Below, in pieces: positions 49,501 through 58,907 of a stretch of 64,000 nt of DNA. The position numbers and the translations under genes are program-made. Below the pieces are notes generated by a model, which saw only the letters and a program-made list of their open reading frames with translations, searched no databases and was not told the DNA's origin. The DNA is taken from positions 1 through 64,000 of the forward strand of contig CAZKNF010000002.1 of the NCBI GenBank assembly GCA_964554105.1, written 5' to 3'. Every line of letters begins with the position of its first letter. Position 1 is the stretch's first letter. This stretch comes from an uncultured Rhodothermales bacterium. GTDB lineage: Bacteria; Bacteroidota; Rhodothermia; Rhodothermales; VXPQ01.

Positions 49501-50614
49501 TACCCGTCCGGATCGTACGACTGACCCAGGTGTGCCCGGTCCCGTTTTCTTTGCTCCACATAAATTCGTCGAAATCGCGGAAAAACCGTCCTTCGACGTT
49601 CGTTACGACCTGGGCATCGCCATAATTCGGAAACGGTCCTCCACCCACAGACGCACCGTCTCCCTCGTCATCAATCTTGACGAAATAAAAGTTCTCGTTC
49701 GAGAACGGATGCACGTAATGATCCCACTCACCGGCCGTCGCATCGTACGTCCAGCCCTCTGGACCCTTGCCGTAGAAAAGGACGGCGTCCCCCGTGTCGA
49801 ACCGTCCGTCTCCTCCCCCCGAACGCGCTACCGGGTTTTCGATGAGATCAGCGGGACGCGGCTCCGAGTTCAACGCCGGAAGAGGTGCACCGCCGTTGCC
49901 GTAGACCTTCACATGATCGGGATCGATGTCGTCCGGCGAGCGATTTAGCCCGGGAAGATCCGCTAAGAACTCTCGATCGATCCGGTAGACACCTTCCTGT
50001 GTGATCGGAATCTTGTAAACGACCCCGTCGGATAGAACGCTGGTTTCGACCTGAAGATGGGAGCTGCCGCCACCGATCGATTTACTGAGAACACTTAAAT
50101 CTCCCGATGGCTGGGGGCGTGCGTAACGAATCGAGATACGCAGGCTTCGATAGCGCCGCACAGTACCGCTCGAGCTGTCATAGCTAAGCAAACGCACGAC
50201 GAGACTTGCGATCGGCTGATTGCGGCTCAAGCCGACGCTCCGCGCCTCCACCAAATCGCCGGCATATGCGCTGAGCTCGCCGTCACCTGCCGGCAGCGTA
50301 ATCTCGTCAAAATCCGAAGCCATAACTGAAACGTGCGGACGATCCGCGGTCGGCAGGTCGTACGTCTTGAAGGCATCGGTAACGCCCATAGAGAGAGCTA
50401 GAGCGGCTGCAGGCGTGAAGACCTCAATGCCGGTCGAATCCACGATGGATCTAAGCGGGAGGCGCCAGTCGATAGAAACGTCGACGACCAGACCGTCTGC
50501 ATTCTGCTCGATCGTATTGAAGACGGCATGCTGCGCGCCGGCGCTTCCTACCCCTCCACCGAGGAACAGGATGCCGGTCAGGACCGCTAGAATTAAAGCA
50601 GCTTTAACGCTCAT
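46571..50614 (-). CDS. porU: type IX secretion system sortase PorU (C25/gingipain-like peptidase)
   Basis: 1347 aa with signal peptide (MSVKAALILAVLTGILFLGGG). Peptidase-C25-like catalytic region (LKYVLLFGDGHFNYRN...MNYSGHGGEHAL...FVTATCSFGWWD). Retains a C-terminal T9SS sorting domain (NYPNPTSGRTRFVFEH...GIYLYKVRV). Operonic with porV. The ORF-track start (50668) adds 18 residues before the signal peptide. Confidence 0.75.
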   Translation of the reverse strand: MSVKAALILAVLTGILFLGGGVGSAGAQHAVFNTIEQNADGLVVDVSIDWRLPLRSIVDSTGIEVFTPAAALALSMGVTDAFKTYDLPTADRPHVSVMASDFDEITLPAGDGELSAYAGDLVEARSVGLSRNQPIASLVVRLLSYDSSSGTVRRYRSLRISIRYARPQPSGDLSVLSKSIGGGSSHLQVETSVLSDGVVYKIPITQEGVYRIDREFLADLPGLNRSPDDIDPDHVKVYGNGGAPLPALNSEPRPADLIENPVARSGGGDGRFDTGDAVLFYGKGPEGWTYDATAGEWDHYVHPFSNENFYFVKIDDEGDGASVGGGPFPNYGDAQVVTNVEGRFFRDFDEFMWSKENGTGHTWVSRTIRTGTMRPLLENEQLPGLVAGQIRYRAHVAIRSNPAAHVFFESGGTRLAEERARRSLTSSETSAIAAASVAAFSQDVTSGAPITLSMRLDPQATNVPEAAIDWIRAFYTQNLQASGDTLRFSTPAGEIGRFEMALGGFSTQPQVWDVTDHGAIRRLGVRSESGTYRIQVQVEDPAQPREIFAFVTARSKPLTASAAQRVENQNLHGVAGYPDFIIVTPAEFRQAANELAEYRSQDGLQVVVADIQKIFNEFSGGLQDMRAIRDYFKFVYDRAPDDNRRLKYVLLFGDGHFNYRNLGGESDRPVLQNWIPPYETEESFSPIESYTSDDYFGLLDDNEGIWDWPGSQGYGSEVVDIGIGRFPVQTQEEAAAMVAKVKHYENPETYGAWRSRYLFVADDAFNGVRASQENPPDLHTQNADVVAELVHQEYPRIDLEKVYAISYTREFQNGWRIPGVKNDLLSSLNEGVLVMNYSGHGGEHALAQEEIFTMNDAENLQNRDRLPIFVTATCSFGWWDLGHEQSGAEALLLNPNGGAIALMTTVRLVYTSRTITTLNVGLNRALNSEMFKRDEDGLPRRLGDIIRLTKNTDPGLQGNNRKFNLLGDPTVRLGTPPGEAVIETVNGQPLNERPNLRALDRVQVVGSVRTIDDQVDGSFDGQMSLTVHDAERHVQVPLRSAMPREYYTVREDLIWRGMVPVSGGRFEATFVVPKDISYSDESGRISAYAFNSGGHAGGFTEDVVVGGTSANPPDDEDGPEIALFLNDTTFVSGGMTPPTPRLIVKLRDDSGINAVGAGVGHEMLLVVDGDEQSAVDVSRRFESDPNSYRSGSVTFDFEEYPSALDEGPHTLSVRAWDVLNNSAEENLDFFVSATDDLVLRNVFNYPNPTSGRTRFVFEHNQPTGTTADVQVRIYTLNGRPVRTLDADEALPSGILGGGPVQISWDGRDEDLNLVASGIYLYKVRVAVDGMDGERHVSERIEKIAVIR

Positions 50615-50896
50615 TTGCTGGAAGCATCCCGTACCGCGGTCGAACGACCGCGTGCGCGACGGATTCACTGTTACGAAAAGTGTCTTCTTTTCTCACTGAC
50701 CACAAAGCATTGCCATGCGGTTGCGGCCGATGTTTCGTAACAGTCTGACTCGATAGGCTGGCGTCTAGGCTGAGGTGCGCGAATGCTTGAATAAAATACC
50801 GCGAGACGCGGCGCCGCACAAGGTGAATCGATGTATCTCTTGGGGGCGTCCGAACCAGGGGCGCTATTCTAAGAAGCGTCGGTTATGAAGTTCCAT

Positions 50897-51187
50897 TTAG
50901 TCATGCCGTTCGAGGTAGTCGCCGATTCGATCTCTCAGCACCGAAATGTCTCGGAGTCCGTCAGCGACACGCTCACTCGCCTCATCGATATCTTTCATCG
51001 GCTGGATGAGATCATCCTCGAGAGCCATGGACGTCCCTAGCTCCAGTAAAAACTGGGCGTTGCCGGACACGATGGCGAGTGGGTTGTTCGTGTCATGAAA
51101 GATGCTGCCGAGGATCTGCCGGAGCTTCCGTATGAGCTCGATAGGCTCGGTCGACGCATCAAAATCTTCGATCAGGTCCGAACGCAT
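50897..51187 (-). CDS. stand-alone HisKA (histidine-kinase dimerisation/phospho-acceptor) domain protein, 96 aa
   Basis: ...ILGSIFHDTNNPLAIVSGNAQFLLE... matches the H-box/DHp consensus (h-SHELRTPL-aI-G-ell). No HATPase_c region follows. Only 228 bp separate it from the porU start. Confidence 0.5.
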   Translation of the reverse strand: MRSDLIEDFDASTEPIELIRKLRQILGSIFHDTNNPLAIVSGNAQFLLELGTSMALEDDLIQPMKDIDEASERVADGLRDISVLRDRIGDYLERHD

Positions 51188-51280
51188 GGTCGTCAGTATT
51201 GGTGGTCAGTACACGCGCAGCCGGTACGACACCTAAACCGCCGCGCCACGTTGTTCGATTCTTCTCCTTTTGCACGGCCT

Positions 51281-52135
51281 CTAGAGATCTTCTAAATTTC
51301 GATGATCCCTCACGTCTACTCCTCGTTCCGTACGATGAGGCGTCGCTACGGCTACCTCCGGATCGTGCTCGAAGAAGAGGTGCCATCCCCCTGCCGAAGC
51401 ATCGTCCAGAAATCGCCTCTTTTCATCAAGGGTCACGAGTGGACGCACGTCGTAGGCCATGATCCACGGCAGTCGCAGGTGTGCGGATGTCGGGAGAAGG
51501 TCGGCCACAAACACGAGTGCCTCGTCCTCACCCTTTACCTTAACGAGCTGCTGCGACTCGGTATGTCCGTTGACGATAATCAATTCGATTCCGGGAAAGA
51601 GCTCCATAGGCCCGTCGAGCAGCGACAGCTGAGGAGATTCCGCAAGCGGCTGCAGGTTCGCGGGAAGAAAGGACGCCCGCTCCCGGTCATTCGGTTCTTT
51701 CGCCCACTCCCAGTGGGCCCGCTGCACATGATATCTGGCGTTCGGAAATACGAGCTCGAGTCCGTCGGCCGTTCGCCTGGTCGATCCTCCGCAATGATCG
51801 AAATGCAGATGTGTGAGAATGACGTCGGTCACGTCCTCTTCCGAAAAACCCGCACGTCGCAGAGACCCGGAGAGCGTAGCGTAAGTGGAATCCACGGCAA
51901 ACCGGTCGGCGAATTTCTCGTCATACTTGTCACCGAGACCGTTGTCGATCAAAATAACACGCCCCTCCCCTTCCAACAGCAGGCAGCGCATGTTCATCGG
52001 AATCCGATTGGCGGAATCAGGAGCGATCCGGCTCGACCACAGGACTTTCGGAACGATGCCGAACATCGCGCCGCCGTCCAGCCCGAATCGTCCGGTTTCA
52101 ATCGAGTAAAGGGCGTAGGATCCGATTTTCGGCAT
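51281..52135 (-). CDS. MBL-fold metallo-hydrolase
   Basis: Metallo-β-lactamase motif HLHFDHCGG plus downstream His/Asp ligands. 284 aa. The ATG overlaps the upstream gene's stop (TAATG). Confidence 0.75.
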   Translation of the reverse strand: MPKIGSYALYSIETGRFGLDGGAMFGIVPKVLWSSRIAPDSANRIPMNMRCLLLEGEGRVILIDNGLGDKYDEKFADRFAVDSTYATLSGSLRRAGFSEEDVTDVILTHLHFDHCGGSTRRTADGLELVFPNARYHVQRAHWEWAKEPNDRERASFLPANLQPLAESPQLSLLDGPMELFPGIELIIVNGHTESQQLVKVKGEDEALVFVADLLPTSAHLRLPWIMAYDVRPLVTLDEKRRFLDDASAGGWHLFFEHDPEVAVATPHRTERGVDVRDHRNLEDL

Positions 52136-52782
52136 TAGGTGTCGTCCGTGTCTTCCGTTGGAAAATCCTTAAAATGACCGTTCGACTGAATCTTTCGCTT
52201 CAAGTCTTCCATCTGTTCGACGCGCGGTATCAGCTCCTCGAAATGGTCCACAAGGTACGCGATGCGATCCTTTTCGCCCGGCAGCTCCAGCACCTCTTGC
52301 TTTTGACGCAGTGTGAGCCCTGCATTGTGCGCCATCACAAACGACACCTCCCGCACGTCCTGGTACAGGCTGGGACGAACGGTCCGCCCCGCTAGCTCGA
52401 GCAGCTTCATGTGCTGCGTGATGGCTCGCTCTCTGAGGTCGCTCTCAGGTGCTTCGTTCGGCTCGGCAAGAAGCTCCACTTCGGCTGTTATATAGGGATT
52501 CTCCGGATAAAGTTGGATGATGCGGAATCGACGACGGCCTTCGACCAGAATGTCCATCCGACCATCCTCATAGCGCGAAACGACATTGACGACGTCAGCC
52601 GTACACCCGATCTCCGCCGTCGTACCCTCCTCGAACAAGACGACGCCGAACACGCGCTCCTCTTCCAGACACTTCGCGATCATCTCCTTGTACTGCGGCT
52701 CAAAGATATGGAGCGGCAGTCGCTCCTGCGGATACAAGACGACCCCGAGCGGGAAAATTGGAAGCGACGGTATGGTGGCCAT
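52135..52782 (-). CDS. LON N-terminal (substrate-binding) domain protein
   Basis: LPIFPLGVVLYPQERLPLHIFEPQYKEMI is the Lon-N domain signature. No AAA+ or protease domains. Start set at the internal ATG (MATIPS…). The ORF-track start 52842 adds 20 aa. Confidence 0.6.
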   Translation of the reverse strand: MATIPSLPIFPLGVVLYPQERLPLHIFEPQYKEMIAKCLEEERVFGVVLFEEGTTAEIGCTADVVNVVSRYEDGRMDILVEGRRRFRIIQLYPENPYITAEVELLAEPNEAPESDLRERAITQHMKLLELAGRTVRPSLYQDVREVSFVMAHNAGLTLRQKQEVLELPGEKDRIAYLVDHFEELIPRVEQMEDLKRKIQSNGHFKDFPTEDTDDT

Positions 52783-52877
52783 AGGGACAGGACGTTCATC
52801 CTGAGTTGCGTTCGCGCGCCCGATGATTTCCAAGCACTTCATCGTAACGCTTGCTCGCTAATGTGTTTCCCTCCGCG

Positions 52878-54665
52878 TCACGGCCGAATACGACGATTCA
52901 GGTGGTGGAGCCACGTAAATCCAACGACGGCGACGATGCCCAGAACACCCGCCCTGGGAAACTGCAGCAGCAGTGCGTACCCGGTTGCGAACATCAACCC
53001 GAACAGAATCAGGATAGCGGCCGCAACCCGCTGGAGTTCAAACCGAAGCGATGTCGCCGCCGGAAGGCCCGTCGCCTCTCGCTGACGTGCCCATCCAGGC
53101 CCCGGCGGGCGCACCCGGCGGTAGAAAGCATTCAACGTTTCTTCGTTCTCCGGCTTTGTGATCAACATGACTGTTATCCAAATCGCCGCCGTGACCAGCG
53201 TAATCACCATCAAGCGTATGCCGAAATCATCGATCGTCAGGACCGGAATGACAGTCGTGAACAATCCCGTGAAAAAGCCCGCTATCATCGCCGACAACTC
53301 CGCCCAGGCGTTGATTCGCCACCAGAACCACCGCAAAATCAGCACTGCACCCGGACCCGTGCCGATCGCGATCACCAGCCGAAACACCGTCGCCACGTCG
53401 GTCGCAAAAAAGGCGGCCGCGGCACCGAATGCCGTGATGATTATGGACGCAATGCGGCCCGCCGCCACGAGCTCCGCCTGCGTCGCATCCGGTTTCATGA
53501 ACCGCTGATACAAGTCGTTCGTGAGATACGACGCCCCCCAGTTGATATTCGTCGACACCGTGCTCATAAACGCCGCGACAAGCGATGCGACGACGATCCC
53601 CAACACACCCACCGGAAGAAAGTCCAGCATCATCATGGGATAACCCAGCTCCTTGTCTTCGAGGTCTGGATAGAGCACGAGAGCGGCAAGCGCGACGAGC
53701 ACCCACGGCCACGTCCGCACGACATAGTTGACAAAATTAAAGAACAGAGCTGATTTCTCGGCCTCCGCTTCGTCGCGAGCAGCCGCAAGCCGCTGAATGA
53801 ACTCGCCGCCCCCGTCGCTGCGGCGAAAAGTCCACCACTGCACAAAGGTGTAGGCGAAAAATGTCGTACCTGTGATGCCTGCGATGTCGCTCCACCGCAC
53901 ATCGAATCCGCCGTCCGTCTCGATCGTTACCGGAATGAATGAAAGAACGTCGAAATCCGTCAGCACCTGTGATTTGGTGACGAGGCCGGAAAGTCCACCA
54001 ACCGCATCGCTGTTGATTGCGAACATGGCTACGACAACGGCGCCGAAGAGCGCCAGAAAGAATTGAAAGAAGTCGGTAATGACTACGCCCCAGAGTCCGG
54101 CAAGCCCGGAATAGAGCAGTACCAGCACCGACACGCCGATTACGGACAGTAGCTTCGGATCCATCCCCCATACCAGATCTCCCTCCGCAATCCCTAGATC
54201 TGTCCAGATCCCCAGCGCACCGATCACCTTCACAGCGGCGAGCATGATGTAGCTGATTGAGATGCAGTTGATCGGAACGGCGAAGAGGAATGCTTTAATT
54301 CCGCGAAGCCAGGCCGCGGCGTCGCCACCGTAGCGCATCTCGATGAGCTCCGCATCAGTGACGATCTCACTCCGCCGCCAGAGACGCGCAAACACGTAGA
54401 TCAGGACGACGTGGCCGATCGCGAACGCCCACCATTCCCAGTTCCCAGCGATCCCCCTGGTGCCGACGATGCCAGCTATGTAGAGCGGCGTATCGATCGA
54501 GAAGGTCGTCGCGGCCATCGAGGTGCCCGCCAACCACCACGGCAGTGCACGACCAGAGACGAAAAAATCCTCCATCGAACCCGAAGCCTTCTTGGCGAGA
54601 TATAACCCCAGGAGAAGGGTCGCCGCCATATATCCGAATACGATGATCCAGTCTATTAATTGCAT
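52878..54665 (-). CDS. sodium:solute symporter (SSS family)
   Basis: 595 aa polytopic. N-terminal pattern MQLIDWIIVFGYMAATLLLGLY...FFVSGR...WWLAGTSMAATTFS is typical of the SSS family. Confidence 0.8.
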   Translation of the reverse strand: MQLIDWIIVFGYMAATLLLGLYLAKKASGSMEDFFVSGRALPWWLAGTSMAATTFSIDTPLYIAGIVGTRGIAGNWEWWAFAIGHVVLIYVFARLWRRSEIVTDAELIEMRYGGDAAAWLRGIKAFLFAVPINCISISYIMLAAVKVIGALGIWTDLGIAEGDLVWGMDPKLLSVIGVSVLVLLYSGLAGLWGVVITDFFQFFLALFGAVVVAMFAINSDAVGGLSGLVTKSQVLTDFDVLSFIPVTIETDGGFDVRWSDIAGITGTTFFAYTFVQWWTFRRSDGGGEFIQRLAAARDEAEAEKSALFFNFVNYVVRTWPWVLVALAALVLYPDLEDKELGYPMMMLDFLPVGVLGIVVASLVAAFMSTVSTNINWGASYLTNDLYQRFMKPDATQAELVAAGRIASIIITAFGAAAAFFATDVATVFRLVIAIGTGPGAVLILRWFWWRINAWAELSAMIAGFFTGLFTTVIPVLTIDDFGIRLMVITLVTAAIWITVMLITKPENEETLNAFYRRVRPPGPGWARQREATGLPAATSLRFELQRVAAAILILFGLMFATGYALLLQFPRAGVLGIVAVVGFTWLHHLNRRIRP

Positions 54666-54781
54666 AGACGGTCGATGCGCGTTAATCTCCTGTCCGTCAG
54701 AGCCCGTTTTCTGCGAGGCAATCTACGCGAGACCGCCTCGAAATCGCGCGTGAACATAGCTCTTCCTCAAGAAAGTATACA

Positions 54782-56176
54782 GTGAAGCCGTTCTTTGTCA
54801 CGCAAAGGTTTCTTCCTCGACCGGCGCGAGTCTCAGCCGTGGTGGGCGCGTGGCTGCTCGTGTTGGCGGCGACGGCAGACGTCGTCACAGCCCAGCCGGT
54901 CGATTTCGGCTCGTCGGACGATCCCAGAGAAGAGCTTCAGGTCGTGTGGTGGCAATACCAGAGTAGCCTGGACCTGAATGGCGGCCTCTCGTTGATATCG
55001 GACCACTGGCGCGGCGGCATGAATGCCGCAATGAACGTTGTCACACGTCCATTGACCGCCCGCATGAGCGGCACCCTGCGCGGCGGCATCTACGGCCGAT
55101 ATGAACCGGATACCGATGAATTGTACGACCTCCTTCGTGTCGTCGAGTTCGCCCGCTACAATCCGCCGCCACGCTCGCGACTGTATGCGAGAGCAGGACT
55201 CATCCAGCGTATGCGACTCGGGACGGGGCATCTGGTCAACTTCTTTAACTCGCAGGTCGCGTGGAACGAACGAACGGTCGGAGCCGAAGCCCTGCACTCC
55301 ACCCCTCTTTTCGATGTCGCCGGATTTACCGACAATGTCCTGGTCAACGGGGTCGTGGGCGGACGAGCCGCTGTGCGCCCCCTGTTCTTTGGCGATGACC
55401 TTCGGACCCGATCTCTGGAAATCGGACTCAGCTACGTTACGGACCTCGGCACCAGGACCGGCGATACGCGTGAGATCACCGCATATAATCTCGACATGAG
55501 CTTCAACGCACTAACTTCGGGTGAAATTCGCCTTATCCCATTCGTCAGCTTCGCGCGCTATCCACAATATGGCAGCGGCATCAGCTTCGGCGCCAGCGTC
55601 GAAAGCGATAATTTCATCGATCTGGCCCGGTTCCGTTTGCGGACCGCCCTGTACTATAATGGCCGCCGATTCATCCCCGGTTATGTAGGCTCGTTCTATC
55701 ACGTGAGCAATCCGAGGGAACGAATTCTCAACGCCGATAAGTACCTGGGTGGATCTCGGACAATTGATTTCGAGGGGATAGATCTAGCGGATGCGCTCGG
55801 AGGCAATGACTTCGAGACGGAGCTGCGCATCTTGATTTTCGAGCGGTTCGAATTCTGGTACCAGTTTCGACGGCACTATGGATCGCACAGTCTCAGTGAA
55901 TACCATCTCCGCATGTTCTTTCATAGCCCGAATCGGCTACGGATCGATATCGGCATGGACCGTGGAGGATTGAAGGGCTTTTTCAGCCTGTTCAACGATC
56001 TCGGAGATCAGACGGCCCTCACATTCGGTACGGACTATCGCCTGATCGGACCCTTCTGGGTCTTTTTCCGCTCGCGATATACCTTCGAAAGCGCGGGCGT
56101 TGCCGAAGACGGCACGCAGATGTTTCTAGTCGAGAGGCGCTTCGAACCTTTTACGGGCGTTCGCTTCGATCTTTGA
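54782..56176 (+). CDS. hypothetical outer-membrane β-barrel protein
   Basis: Signal peptide (…LVLAATADVVTAQP). 464 aa rich in alternating aromatic/Gly β-strand patterns. C-terminal ...FTGVRFDL. No recognised family. Confidence 0.45.
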   Translation: MKPFFVTQRFLPRPARVSAVVGAWLLVLAATADVVTAQPVDFGSSDDPREELQVVWWQYQSSLDLNGGLSLISDHWRGGMNAAMNVVTRPLTARMSGTLRGGIYGRYEPDTDELYDLLRVVEFARYNPPPRSRLYARAGLIQRMRLGTGHLVNFFNSQVAWNERTVGAEALHSTPLFDVAGFTDNVLVNGVVGGRAAVRPLFFGDDLRTRSLEIGLSYVTDLGTRTGDTREITAYNLDMSFNALTSGEIRLIPFVSFARYPQYGSGISFGASVESDNFIDLARFRLRTALYYNGRRFIPGYVGSFYHVSNPRERILNADKYLGGSRTIDFEGIDLADALGGNDFETELRILIFERFEFWYQFRRHYGSHSLSEYHLRMFFHSPNRLRIDIGMDRGGLKGFFSLFNDLGDQTALTFGTDYRLIGPFWVFFRSRYTFESAGVAEDGTQMFLVERRFEPFTGVRFDL

Positions 56177-56235
56177 CGGTGCAGGCGTTCAAATTCAGTC
56201 CCAGATTCAGTGCCATCGTTCTTGTCAGTAATTGC

Positions 56236-56907
56236 ATGAGCTCAAGCCCCTCTCCGCCGCTCCCTTCGACTCGGCGCAAGCTGCTTGCCGAGCGCACACG
56301 TGAGATGATGCACGAGGTGTATCCCGATGCGGACTGTGCGCTCAACTATTCCACTGCGCTCGAACTCCTCGTGGCGACCATTCTCTCAGCGCAGACAACC
56401 GACGTAAACGTCAATCGTGTGACGGAAGGCCTGTTCACGAGGTATCAGTCGCTTGAGGATTTCGCGTCCGCGAATCCGGAGGAATTTCAGAACGAGATCA
56501 GGTCGACGGGATTCTTTCGCAACAAGACGAAGCACGTCATCGGCGCGGCGAACAAAATCCTCGAAGATTATGGCGGCGAAGTGCCTGACTCGATGGAGGA
56601 GCTCGCTGCCCTACCAGGTGTTGCACGCAAGACCGCGAACGTCGTCCTGGGCACCTATTTTGGCAAGGCGGAAGGCTTCGTCGTCGACACGCACGTCAAG
56701 CGCGTCGCGTATCGCATCGGCCTCACCGACGAGACGGACCCCGCAAAAGTGGAACGGGATCTGATGGAGCTGTTTCCTCGAAGTGAATGGATTTTCCTGG
56801 GCCACGCCTTCATCCGCCACGGCCGGCAGATCTGTCATGCACGCTCACCGAAATGCGAGATCTGTCCGATCAACGACGTCAGCCTGCAACGCGGAGTTAA
56901 GAAATAG
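56236..56907 (+). CDS. nth: endonuclease III
   Basis: HhH-GPD motif (LPGVARKTANVVLG) and C-terminal [4Fe-4S] Cys cluster CHARSPKCEICPIN. The ORF-track TTG start at 56173 adds a non-conserved 21 aa. Confidence 0.85.
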   Translation: MSSSPSPPLPSTRRKLLAERTREMMHEVYPDADCALNYSTALELLVATILSAQTTDVNVNRVTEGLFTRYQSLEDFASANPEEFQNEIRSTGFFRNKTKHVIGAANKILEDYGGEVPDSMEELAALPGVARKTANVVLGTYFGKAEGFVVDTHVKRVAYRIGLTDETDPAKVERDLMELFPRSEWIFLGHAFIRHGRQICHARSPKCEICPINDVSLQRGVKK

Positions 56908-56938
56908 GAGACAGCCGCAGCACGCCCCGCAATGCGTT

Positions 56939-57931
56939 CTACTTCACCCCTTCGCTCATCTCCAGCATGCGCTCGATCGGCTTCAGGGCGCGGCGGCGCG
57001 TCGCCTCGTCCATAGTGATCTCCGGCTGCTCGTGCTTCAGACAAAGAAACAGCTTCTCCAGCGTGTTCAGCCGCATGTGAGGGCACTGACTGCAGTTGCA
57101 GCCGCTCTCCGGCGGCGCCGGAATGAATGTCTTGCCCGGACTATCCTTCCGCATCTGGTGGAGGATGCCTTCCTCTGTAGCCACGATGAACTCCGTCGTT
57201 GCGCTATCACGCGCGAATCGGCGAATTGAGCTTGTTGATCCGACGTGGTCCGCGTGCCGAAGTACAACCTCCTCGCACTCGGGATGAGCCAGCACCAGCG
57301 CCTGTGGATGACGCATCTTCAGACGAAGCAGCTTCTGCTCGCTGAACGTCTCATGCACGATGCAGACACCGTCCCACAGGACCATGTCGCGTCCTGTTTC
57401 TTTCATCAAATACCGGCCGAGATTCCGATCCGGAGCAAAAATGATCGGCTGATCCTCAGGAATCTGGTCGATGAGGTGCTTCGCATTCGAGGACGTGCAG
57501 ATGATGTCGCTCAGCGCCTTCACGCCGGCAGTACAATTGATGTATGAGACGACGATGTGGCCGGGATGCTGCTTCTTGAATTCCGCCAACTCTGGAGCTG
57601 GACACGAATCTGCCAGAGAGCATCCTGCATTCAGATCCGGGAGAATCACTTTCTTGGTCGGATTTAGAATCTTAGCCGTCTCCGCCATGAAATGGACGCC
57701 GGCGAATACAATCACGTCCGCATCCGTCTCTGCCGCCTTCCGGGAAAGACCCAGGGAATCACCGATAAAATCAGCGATATCCTGGATATCCGCCTCCTGA
57801 TAGTAATGCGCGAGAAGAATCGCGTTCTTCTCCTTCTTCAGCCGATCGATCTCGTCGAAAAGGTCCATCGCGGGATCTACCGCTTCGTCGACGAAGCCGA
57901 TGACCGGATCAAGTATTGGAATCCCAGCCAT
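56939..57931 (-). CDS. nadA: quinolinate synthase A
   Basis: ...[23 protein letters not shown]... and Cys ligands. 330 aa. Confidence 0.9.
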   Translation of the reverse strand: MAGIPILDPVIGFVDEAVDPAMDLFDEIDRLKKEKNAILLAHYYQEADIQDIADFIGDSLGLSRKAAETDADVIVFAGVHFMAETAKILNPTKKVILPDLNAGCSLADSCPAPELAEFKKQHPGHIVVSYINCTAGVKALSDIICTSSNAKHLIDQIPEDQPIIFAPDRNLGRYLMKETGRDMVLWDGVCIVHETFSEQKLLRLKMRHPQALVLAHPECEEVVLRHADHVGSTSSIRRFARDSATTEFIVATEEGILHQMRKDSPGKTFIPAPPESGCNCSQCPHMRLNTLEKLFLCLKHEQPEITMDEATRRRALKPIERMLEMSEGVK

Positions 57932-58111
57932 TGTAGGTGTTCGGATTTCGATGGGTTACCGCTGCGGTGTTAACGCAAGCCGATCTTGTACGTTCTCCGG
58001 CCCGAGACGCTGCGCCGCAGTATCAGAGCGATGCCGTTCTGCAATGAGCCGCGAGGAGTGCAACGCAGAAATGCGGTATTTATCAACGGCCGTTCAGAAG
58101 GACTCAGGGTA

Positions 58112-58843
58112 TCACACGTCGTCTGTGATGGACTCAACGGGCTCAAGAACGCCGTTCTTGAGACGCAGTATCCTGTCGGCAATCGCGGCAAGCGCCAGGT
58201 TATGTGTCACGATGATAAAGGTGTGATCGAAGGTTCGGCTGAGCCGGAAAATCTCGTCGTGAAGCCTGTCGGCGGTCGCAGTATCGAGATTGCCCGTCGG
58301 CTCATCGGCCAGCACGAGTCCGGGTTGATTCATCAGCGCCCGCGCCACGGCCACACGCTGCTGTTCACCACCCGAGAGCTCGCCGGGCCGGTGCGACGCG
58401 CGTTCCTCCAGGCCAAGCGTCCTCAGCAGCTCCATTGCACGATCTTTCACCTCCGAGATCCGTCTGCGCGAAATAAGTGCGGGCATCGCCACATTCTCGA
58501 GCGCCGTGAACTCGGGCAGAAGGTGGTGAAACTGAAAGATGAACCCTACTTCGCGATTCCGGAACGCGGCAAGCTCCTCATCCTTCTTGCGGAATATGTC
58601 GTCTCCGCGATAGAGAACGGACCCGGCATCCGGCCGATCCAGGGCCCCGAGCATGTGCAGAAGCGTGCTCTTGCCCGTCCCACTCTCTCCGACGACGGCG
58701 ATCACCTCGCCGGCACGCGCCGAAATGTCGACACCGCGAAGGACCTGAAGTCGTCCCCCTCCGCCGGTCGGATAGCTTTTCTCAAGGCCGCGCGCTACGA
58801 GAAAGGCATCGTCGGCTCGATTCATGCGATTCTCTTCGATCAC
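58112..58843 (-). CDS. ABC transporter ATP-binding protein (LolD/FtsE-like)
   Basis: Walker [10 protein letters not shown], signature LSGGEQQR, Walker B LVLADEPT. Confidence 0.8.
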   Translation of the reverse strand: MIEENRMNRADDAFLVARGLEKSYPTGGGGRLQVLRGVDISARAGEVIAVVGESGTGKSTLLHMLGALDRPDAGSVLYRGDDIFRKKDEELAAFRNREVGFIFQFHHLLPEFTALENVAMPALISRRRISEVKDRAMELLRTLGLEERASHRPGELSGGEQQRVAVARALMNQPGLVLADEPTGNLDTATADRLHDEIFRLSRTFDHTFIIVTHNLALAAIADRILRLKNGVLEPVESITDDV

Positions 58844-58907
58844 AGCCTATCGTTTCGCTGGTAGCAAGGCGAGTACCTCAAAGAAATGCCGTGCGGCGCA
58901 ACTGCGA

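Noticed and set aside
57932-58111. 180-bp spacer between the ABC ATPase gene and nadA, considered as a possible riboswitch/ncRNA
   Set aside because: Only weak, short inverted repeats and no recognisable conserved RNA motif, so it cannot be supported from sequence alone.
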